From a bacterium (GTDB lineage Bacteria; Myxococcota_A; Polyangia; Nannocystales; Nannocystaceae): a stretch of DNA of 64,000 bases. The notes under the pieces were generated by a model, which saw nothing but the letters and a program-made list of their open reading frames with translations, searched no databases and had not been told where the DNA came from. A program made the position numbers and the translations under genes. The stretch covers positions 74,529 through 138,528 of the forward strand of contig JANSYI010000017.1 of assembly GCA_024742475.1 (NCBI GenBank), given 5' to 3'. Below are positions 19,589 through 37,851 of the stretch, one piece after another (position 1 is the stretch's first letter; each line of letters begins with the position of its first letter).

Positions 19589-20941
19589 ATGCGTCGGACG
19601 GTTTGGCTGGGTTGGGTGAGCATTGCGGTGCTCGGTTGTGCGACCACGGTCGGCGGACTGGACGGCCGCGGCCCGCGAGCGATCGTCGACCCTGGCATCG
19701 CCGATCCTGCGGCCTCGTTCGAACGAGCCAAGGCGGCCAACGCCCTCGACGCGAAGACGTGTCAGCAGCACGCCGACGCGTTCGACGTTCGCTTCCAGCG
19801 GACCGGTCACGCGCTGCACCGCTTCAACACGGGGGTCGTGTGGGAAGCGTGCGGCGATCCGAAGCAGGCCGAAGTCGCCTATCGCGAGGCCGCGGACGCA
19901 CAGCCCAAGCTGCCGCAGGTTCACAACAACCTCGGGGCGCTCGCCTATCGAGAAGGTCGGACCGACGAGGCGGTGCGCCAGTACGAGCAAGCCCTCCGGA
20001 TCCGCCCCACCGCGATCGCGCCGCGCCACAACTTGGCGCATCTGTACCGCGAGCGCTATCGAGTCTCCGAAGACCTCGCCGACTTCGAGCGGGCCAAGCG
20101 ACAGCTTCAGGCCGTGCTCGCCATCGACAGCGAGAACCTCGAAGCTTACGAGGGGCTTGCCCGGCTCTACTACGACCGCGCATCGGCGGGGGATCGTTCG
20201 TACGCACTGCTGGCCAACTTGGTCATCACGCAGGCGCAGCGCACCGAAGAGGTCGGCGGTGAGGCGTCCGCCGAACTATGGAACCTGCGAGGGTTGCTGG
20301 CCGTCCTCCAGCGAGAGCCCACGCGCGCCTTGAAGTCCTTCAACGAGGCGCTCGAGCGCGACCCCGACTTGGTCGACGCGCGCCTCAACGCCGCGCTCAT
20401 CGAACTCGAGCTGAGAAACTTCGCTGCGGCCGAGCGAAACCTGGCCGCTGCGACCAGGCTCGCCAAAGGTGCGCGCGCAGCCGAGGTGGCGCTCGCCCTC
20501 GGCGTCGCCAAACGCGGCACGCGAGACTTCGCTGGCGCAGAGAAGGCGTACGCGCGCGCCCATCAGCTCGACGCCACCGACCCGCGCGCCTTCTACAACA
20601 TGGGCATCCTCTATCAAGATCACATCGGACCCTCGAAGGACGGCGATGGCCTGAGCGACAACGAGATCGCGCGAGAACGTTTCGAGCGATTCCTTCGCCA
20701 GGCCGGAGCCGACCCTCGGTATGCCGATGCCGTGGCCCACGCGAAGCTTCGCGTCGCCAACATCGACGAGTATGCCGAGATCCTCGACGCACAAGCCGAG
20801 ATTCAAGCCCAAGTCGAGCGCCTCGAGGCCCAGGAACGCGAGGAGCGAGCGAAGCGGCGCGAGGAGCTCCTCCGGATGGAGCGAGAGGCCAAGGAGGCCC
20901 TACAGACGGCGGATCCCGCCGACGAAAAAGCGCCGGATTGA
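19589..20941 (+). CDS. TPR lipoprotein, GltE/AglT-like (copy 2, paralog of 16740-18158)
   Basis: Lipobox IAVLGCA. It is colinear with copy 1: LAIDSENLEAYEGLARLYYDR vs LAVDSSNQLAYENLARLYYDR, and YNMGILYQDHIGPSKDGDG vs YNLGVLYQGHIGPNSDGDG. It also has a C-terminal coiled coil. Confidence 0.7.
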   Translation: MRRTVWLGWVSIAVLGCATTVGGLDGRGPRAIVDPGIADPAASFERAKAANALDAKTCQQHADAFDVRFQRTGHALHRFNTGVVWEACGDPKQAEVAYREAADAQPKLPQVHNNLGALAYREGRTDEAVRQYEQALRIRPTAIAPRHNLAHLYRERYRVSEDLADFERAKRQLQAVLAIDSENLEAYEGLARLYYDRASAGDRSYALLANLVITQAQRTEEVGGEASAELWNLRGLLAVLQREPTRALKSFNEALERDPDLVDARLNAALIELELRNFAAAERNLAAATRLAKGARAAEVALALGVAKRGTRDFAGAEKAYARAHQLDATDPRAFYNMGILYQDHIGPSKDGDGLSDNEIARERFERFLRQAGADPRYADAVAHAKLRVANIDEYAEILDAQAEIQAQVERLEAQEREERAKRREELLRMEREAKEALQTADPADEKAPD

Positions 20942-20973
20942 AAACCCGGTATCGGTGATCGCAGTCGCGCAGA

Positions 20974-21000
20974 CCGCACGGCTTTCAGACAGCCGTGCGG
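20974..21000 (+). terminator. Strong hairpin (terminator-like, weak U-tract)
   Basis: CCGCACGGCT-ttcagac-AGCCGTGCGG is a perfect 10-bp stem. Only interrupted T runs follow (gatttcggcgctttcg). Confidence 0.35.
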
Positions 21001-21156
21001 CGGCGATTTCGGCGCTTTCGATCTAGTGGACAACGCCCCCGGGGCACGGATACGATGCGCGCGAACGGTGGACCCGCCACGGGTGCGTCCGAAGCCCGCG
21101 TGCCGCGACTTGCTCGGCGCGACCCAGGGGCCACCGTTTCGAAGAGGAAGACCCCC

Positions 21157-21444
21157 ATGCGCGCAAAACTCCTTGCCATCAGCACCACAATCGCCCTCTC
21201 CATGGCCACGGCCTCCACGGCGTTTGCCCAGCCGTCCGATCAGGACGCGGACGACGCTGCACGGGTTGGGGGCGGAGACGGTGGCACGACGGTCTACGAC
21301 TTCGACGACGACAACGTCGACGGTGAGATCCTCAGCCCGGACGGCGCGAACGTGAACTCCCGCGCCCGCGTCAAGCACGCCAGCTTGATCACGATCCGCC
21401 CGCACTTCATCTCCGAGCTGATCTCGCTCTCCTTCGACATCTAA
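21157..21444 (+). CDS. Small secreted protein (95 aa) in the GltF position
   Basis: A good RBS (gaagaggaag) precedes ATG 21157. Signal peptide MRAKLLAISTTIALSMATASTAFA, an acidic middle section, and a conserved-looking C-terminus RPHFISELISLSFDI. Confidence 0.6.
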   Translation: MRAKLLAISTTIALSMATASTAFAQPSDQDADDAARVGGGDGGTTVYDFDDDNVDGEILSPDGANVNSRARVKHASLITIRPHFISELISLSFDI

Positions 21445-21569
21445 GCACCCTTCCGCCGCGAACCGCGCCCTGGGCGCGGCCTGGCGCACCCCGAGAAAAA
21501 AAAGATCAGGCTCGGCGGAACTTCCCAGAACCCTGGGTGTCCTGCCGCCTGAACCCGAAGGACCTCCCG

Positions 21570-23741
21570 ATGTCCCAGACGCTCCAACTCAGAATCTTCC
21601 ACAACGGCTCGCTGGTCGAAGAGAAGACGCTCTCCCAAGACGTCATCAAGATCGGCAAGCTGAAGAGCTCGCACCTCTGCCTCGAGGACGACGCGGTCGC
21701 GCGCATGCACGCCGTCATCGAGGTCTCGGGCTCGGACGTCCGCGTCATCGACCTCGGCAGCTCCACCGGAACCCAGCTCAACAGCCAGCGGGTCGAGAAG
21801 AACGCCGTCCTCAAAGATGGCGACGCGCTCGAGTTTGGCCCCTACCGCGTCGAGGTCGGCTTCGCCGCAGCGCCCGCCGCGGCCGCCGCTCCAGCACAGG
21901 ATCAGACCGTCGTTGGCCCGGCGCCCTCGCAGCAGCCCGTCGCCGCAGCCGCGCCCGTTGCAGCAGCCGCTCCGGTTGCAGCGGCAGCCGCCGCTCCAGC
22001 CGCAGCGCCTGTCGCAGCGGCAGCTCCGATGGGCGCCGCAGCTCGCCCGGTCATGCAGGTCGATGCGTCGGAGGTCGAGCGCCAAGACGGCTCGACCGTC
22101 ACCGAGGTCATGACCATCTACGGCCGCACCGTCCTCGACGTGCAGCACGTGGGGCAGACCAAGAGCCGCCGCGCGTCCGCGCCGGTGTTCTTGGCGCTCG
22201 GTGGTCTCATGATGGTGGGCGGGATCGGGTTCCTCGCCTCCCAAACCTTCCTCATCAGCAGCGACTGGGAAACCTACGACCAAGAGAAGACCGACAACGC
22301 GGTCGCGGGTCGTCCGGCGCCTCAGGCTCCGGGGCACTTCGGCGGTATCGGGATCGCTCTCGCCCTCGTGGGTCTGGTCCCCTTCGGCATCGGCGTCGCT
22401 CGCCTCGGCGACAAGGGCGTCCCCAACTACACCATCGGCGAGGGCCACGACTCGACCTTTGCGGCACCGCCGGCGGGTCTGCCCGACTCGGCCGCCTTCC
22501 CGCTCGTTCGGGGCAGCGACTCGGGTGACTCCAGCCTGAACTTCACCGCCGAGATGACGGGTGACGTCACCCTCGATGGTCAGAAGCTCAGCCTGCAAGA
22601 GCTCGTCAGCTCCGGTCGCGCCGCGGCCATGGGCTCGACCTACTCCTTCCCCATCCCCGCCGGCGCGCACTGCAAGGTGGCGCACAACGGGCTGGTCTTC
22701 CACGTCAACTCGGTCCCGCCCGGCAAGGTCATTGCCCAGAAGTCCGAGACCGACAAGCCGTTCTGGCTCTACAGCGCCGCGTCGCTGGTCGTCCTGGGCT
22801 CGCTCCTGGTCCTCGCTCACCTGGCGCTTCCCCCCGAAGACGGCATGAGCCTCGACGACGACATGTCCGAGAACCGCTTCGTCGGCTACATGAACCAGCC
22901 CGACGAGACGCCCGAAGAAGAGCCTCCGCCAGAGCAGGAGAACTCCGACGACGAAGCCGGCGGCACCGGCCAGCGTCACAAGGGCGAAGAGGGCAAGATG
23001 GGCAAGCCCACGTCCAAGCAGAAGTCCGGCCTCTACGCGATGAAGGGCCCCAAGGACGCCATCCCGCAGATGGCTCGGAACTTCGACCCGGACATGCAGG
23101 CGCGTCAGGCCGGTATTCTCGGCATGATGTCCTCCGAGAGCGGCCACTTCCTGGCCTCGCCCTACGGCGGCGCCTTCGCGGTCGGCAACGACGACGAGGA
23201 CGTCTGGGGCGGCCTCACCGGAACCGAGGTGGGTGAAGCCTTCGGTGTTGGTGGACTCGGTCTCGTGGGTACGGGCCGCGGTGGCGGTGGTACCGGCGAA
23301 GGCACCATCGGCCTCGGTAACACCGGCCTCATCGGCAAGGGTGGTGGCGGCGGCACCGGTTCCGGCTACGGTCGCGGATCGGGTGCTGGGTTCGGTGGCC
23401 GCGGCAAGCGGGTCCCCCGAATCCGCCAGGCCAAGGCCAAGGTCAAGGGTGCGCTCGACAAGGACATCATCCGCCGTATCGTCCGCGCGCACATCAACGA
23501 GGTTCGCCACTGCTACAACCAGGGCCTCGTCAAGGACCCCAACCTCAAGGGTCGCGTCGCGGTTCAGTTCACCATCGGACCCACCGGTAAGGTGCCCGTC
23601 GCTGTCGTGGCTCAGTCCTCGCTCAAGGACAAGAACGTCGCCAACTGCGTGGCCAAGGCGGTGAAGCGCTGGAAGTTCCCCAAGCCGCAAGGCGGCGGCA
23701 ACGTGGTGGTCACCTACCCGTTCGTCCTCGAGCCCGGCTGA
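21570..23741 (+). CDS. gltG: FHA domain / transmembrane / Gly-rich / TonB_C-like protein, GltG/PglI-like
   Basis: N-terminal FHA domain (IKIGKLKSSHLCLEDDAVARMHAVIE...VIDLGSSTGTQLN), an Ala/Pro linker, three hydrophobic segments and a Gly-rich region. The C-terminal AgmX/PglI-type domain reads ALDKDIIRRIVRAHINEVRHCYNQGL...VTYPFVL. Confidence 0.8.
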   Translation: MSQTLQLRIFHNGSLVEEKTLSQDVIKIGKLKSSHLCLEDDAVARMHAVIEVSGSDVRVIDLGSSTGTQLNSQRVEKNAVLKDGDALEFGPYRVEVGFAAAPAAAAAPAQDQTVVGPAPSQQPVAAAAPVAAAAPVAAAAAAPAAAPVAAAAPMGAAARPVMQVDASEVERQDGSTVTEVMTIYGRTVLDVQHVGQTKSRRASAPVFLALGGLMMVGGIGFLASQTFLISSDWETYDQEKTDNAVAGRPAPQAPGHFGGIGIALALVGLVPFGIGVARLGDKGVPNYTIGEGHDSTFAAPPAGLPDSAAFPLVRGSDSGDSSLNFTAEMTGDVTLDGQKLSLQELVSSGRAAAMGSTYSFPIPAGAHCKVAHNGLVFHVNSVPPGKVIAQKSETDKPFWLYSAASLVVLGSLLVLAHLALPPEDGMSLDDDMSENRFVGYMNQPDETPEEEPPPEQENSDDEAGGTGQRHKGEEGKMGKPTSKQKSGLYAMKGPKDAIPQMARNFDPDMQARQAGILGMMSSESGHFLASPYGGAFAVGNDDEDVWGGLTGTEVGEAFGVGGLGLVGTGRGGGGTGEGTIGLGNTGLIGKGGGGGTGSGYGRGSGAGFGGRGKRVPRIRQAKAKVKGALDKDIIRRIVRAHINEVRHCYNQGLVKDPNLKGRVAVQFTIGPTGKVPVAVVAQSSLKDKNVANCVAKAVKRWKFPKPQGGGNVVVTYPFVLEPG

Positions 23742-23767
23742 TTTAGACCGGATCGAAGACAGAGAAG

Positions 23768-23795
23768 GGCGAGCTCCTCGGAGTTCGCCTTTTTT
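23768..23795 (+). terminator. Rho-independent terminator after gltG-like gene
   Basis: GGCGAGCT-cctcgg-AGTTCGCC hairpin followed by TTTTTT (23790-23795). Confidence 0.7.
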
Positions 23796-24002
23796 GATTG
23801 GTTTGTAGGGGGAACCTCTCGGTTCCCCTCGCTGCGGCCGGCAAAGCCGCCCTTCGCTCACCCTGATTGGTTTGGAAGGGGAACCTCTCGGTTCCCCTCG
23901 CTGCGGCCGGCAAAGCCGCCCTTCGCTCACCCTGATTGGTTTGTAAGGGGAACCTCTCGGTTCCCCTCGCTGCGGCCGGCAAAGCCGCCCTTCGCTCACC
24001 CC
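23796..24002. repeat. Tandem repeat, 3 x 69 bp, each unit carrying the hairpin GGGGAACC-TCTC-GGTTCCCC
   Basis: Units start at 23796, 23865 and 23934 and are near-identical, differing only in the gtag/ggaa/gtaa positions. The unit is gattggtttgtagggggaacctctcggttcccctcgctgcggccggcaaagccgcccttcgctcaccct. Confidence 0.95.
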
Positions 24003-24023
24003 TCCAAGGTCGGGCTGGCGCCC

Positions 24024-24215
24024 TCGCTCGCGGACCCGGAGGGTCCGCTCCTCCGCCTCCGAGCGTCGGTGGTTGGCGGGGCGCCCTTCGCTCGCGGAGC
24101 CGGAGGGTTCGCTCCTCCGCCTCCGAGCGTGGGTGGTTGGCGGGGCGCCCTCGCTCGCGGACCCGGAGGGGCTGCTCCTCCGCCTCCGAGCGTCGGTGGT
24201 TGGGCTGGCGCCCAC
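24024..24215. repeat. Tandem repeat, 3 x 63-64 bp (tcgctcgcggacccggagggtccgctcctccgcctccgagcgtcggtggttggcggggcgccc)
   Basis: Units start at 24024, 24088 and 24151 with a few substitutions each. Each contains an imperfect GCGGACC/GGTCCGC hairpin. Confidence 0.9.
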
Positions 24216-24305
24216 GCTCGCTCGCCGTTGTCTCGCTCCCTCCAACGCTGCCCTCGGAGAGGTACGGGACAGCACCACCTAACCGAACGCGACGGAGTCG
24301 CGGAG

Positions 24306-24390
24306 CGACGAGCGAGGGCGCAGCCCGACCTTGGAGGGAGTCGCGGAGGAAGGCTTGGCCTCCGCAGCGACGGGAACCGAGAGGTTCCCC
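24306..24390. repeat. Inverted copy of the GGGGAACC-hairpin element (right arm of composite repeat)
   Basis: Its reverse complement (ggggaacctctcggttcccgtcgctgcggaggccaagccttcctccgcgactccctccaaggtcgggctgcgccctcgctcg) aligns with 23950-24030 (ggggaacctctcggttcccctcgctgcggccggcaaagccgcccttcgctcacccctccaaggtcgggctggcgccctcgctcg). Confidence 0.85.
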
Positions 24391-24487
24391 GAAGAGGCGC
24401 CCTCGCCCTTGTCACCTAGGAGCGGCGCCGATACCATCCGAGACCGAGCCGCCCCGTTCCCCCTCACCCGGCGGGGCCACCCACGAC

Positions 24488-25396
24488 ATGCGCCGCATCG
24501 TTCTTCTTCTCGCGTTGTCCGTTCCCGTTGTCGCAACCGCGCCCGGTTGCAAGCTGGCGAGTCGCCAGCGCGTCCAGTCCACCAACCGGATGAACGAAGG
24601 CATCAAGGCCGAGAAGAAGGGCAACTCTTCGCAGGCCGAGCGCTACCTCAAGGAAGCGATCGAAATCGATCCGACCAACGCGAAGGCGCACTACACGTTG
24701 GGCATCGTCTACCAGAAGCAGAACAAGCTGGTCGACGCGCAGAAGGCCTTCCAAGACGCCGTGGACAACATGGGAGAGGCGCCCAACGCCAACTACATGT
24801 TCAAGCTGGGTGTGGTCACGGCCGCACAGGGTGACGAGCCGGGCGCGCTTCAGGCCGACAAAGAGGCCAAGTACAAAGAGGCGCTGACCAAGTACCAAGA
24901 GACGATGAAGCTCGACCCGAACCACTACCAGGCGAGTTTCCGGATGGGCGTCATCTACGAAGCGCTCGACCAGCCGGTACAAGCCGACGGTGCGTTCCGC
25001 AAGGCAATCGAGCTCAACCCGAGCTTCAGCGACTCCTTCGTCTCGCTCGGCAACATGTACATCGACTACGGCCACGCCAACGTGGGCCAAGCCGTTCTCG
25101 AGACCGGTGTCAAGGTCAACGACAACGACGCCAAGATGTGGAACGGCCTGGGCCGTGCGCAGATGGCCCTCAACAAGCCCGCCGAGGCCGTCGAGTCGTT
25201 CAAGACCGCCAAAGCGATCGATCCCGACCTGCCCGACGTCCTGCTGGGCCTCGGCATGGCCTACGCCGAGATGCGCAAGCGCAAGGAGGCCATCGAGGCG
25301 CTCCAGGGCTTCCTCTCCAAGGCGGGCAACGACGTGCCCGAGCACCTCAAGAAGGCCGCAAACAGCACGATCGCGCGCATGCAGGACGTGATCTGA
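24488..25396 (+). CDS. TPR lipoprotein (302 aa) between gltG-like and gltI-like genes
   Basis: ATG 24488. Lipobox VVATAPGC. Clear 34-aa TPR repeats (AERYLKEAIEIDPTNAKAHYTLGIVYQKQNK and others). Confidence 0.8.
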   Translation: MRRIVLLLALSVPVVATAPGCKLASRQRVQSTNRMNEGIKAEKKGNSSQAERYLKEAIEIDPTNAKAHYTLGIVYQKQNKLVDAQKAFQDAVDNMGEAPNANYMFKLGVVTAAQGDEPGALQADKEAKYKEALTKYQETMKLDPNHYQASFRMGVIYEALDQPVQADGAFRKAIELNPSFSDSFVSLGNMYIDYGHANVGQAVLETGVKVNDNDAKMWNGLGRAQMALNKPAEAVESFKTAKAIDPDLPDVLLGLGMAYAEMRKRKEAIEALQGFLSKAGNDVPEHLKKAANSTIARMQDVI

Positions 25397-25416
25397 TCCT
25401 TCGCGGGTAGTGCTCC

Positions 25417-25468
25417 GGGGGTTCTACGGGGACCCCCCCAGCGGGTGAGGGGTCCCCTCCGAACCCCC
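25417..25468. repeat. Nested GC-rich inverted repeats (REP-like)
   Basis: The outer stem is GGGGGTTC (25417-25424) / GAACCCCC (25461-25468). The inner stem is GGGGACCCC (25428-25436) / GGGGTCCCC (25449-25457). The sequence CCCTTCGC follows, as in the other repeat copies. Confidence 0.7.
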
Positions 25469-25754
25469 TTCGCTGGGGAGACTGCGCTCATCCTTTTCTG
25501 TTTTTTCCGCTGCGCGCCCCTTCGGGGCGCTCGCTCTCCTGCTAAGGGGCAGCGGTGGGGGATTCATCTCCCGCCTCGTGCCCGTTGAAGACCCGGGCAT
25601 CGGTCCGGGTTTTCTCGTTGAGGCGCGTCGGTGGGCCGGTCTCGTTCTGTTGGGTCACTGCACCCGAGTTCACGTGGGTTGATCGGGGTCGAGTCGGCGT
25701 TGTCCGGTCGAGATCGAAGGTGCGGAAATTGGGCGCGCAGGGGTGCCTAGGCGT

Positions 25755-25783
25755 TTGTGAGCGACGCCGCGCGCGTGTTATAT
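25755..25783 (+). promoter_or_regulatory. Candidate sigma70-type promoter of the gltI/agmK-like gene
   Basis: TTGTGA (25755-25760), 17-nt spacer, TTATAT (25778-25783). This is an AT-rich -10 box in a GC-rich context, about 55 nt upstream of ATG 25839. An aagga RBS precedes the ATG. Confidence 0.4.
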
Positions 25784-25838
25784 CCAGCAGCGTTTCGAGC
25801 GCGGGTTTTCCCTGTAAGTCTCGAAGGATAGCGCCCAC

Positions 25839-37775
<11,937 letters not shown>

Positions 37776-37798
37776 GCAGGCGAAACTCGCCGACGACG

Positions 37799-37829
37799 AC
37801 GCCGCGGCAGGGGAGACCCTCCGCGGCGT
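37799..37829. terminator. Hairpin between convergent gltI-like and pilT-like genes (possible bidirectional terminator)
   Basis: ACGCCGCGG-13 nt-CCGCGGCGT is a 9-bp perfect stem, followed by tcttcg. It has no strong U-tract. Confidence 0.3.
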
Positions 37830-37851
37830 TCTTCGTGGCGGCGCGCTTGGC

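Noticed and set aside
21042-21058. Sigma54-like GGCAC...TGC element upstream of the small secreted-protein gene
   Set aside because: The spacing between the GG and GC dinucleotides is 14 nt rather than the required 12, and the -12 element is not TTGC.
23796-24215. Possible CRISPR array
   Set aside because: The units are directly abutting tandem repeats (69 bp, then 63-64 bp) with no unique spacers between them. No cas genes or leader are present.
21441-24278. 945-aa minus-strand ORF spanning the gltG-like gene and the repeat array
   Set aside because: It is antisense to a well-supported FHA/TonB_C gene. Its N-terminal part is just the translated tandem repeats (VSEGRLCRPQRGEPRGSP, three times).
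23936-24487. N-terminal extension of the TPR lipoprotein ORF (ORF track start 23936)
   Set aside because: The extension runs through the repeat array and is Arg/Pro/Gly-rich. A proper signal peptide and lipobox begin at ATG 24488.
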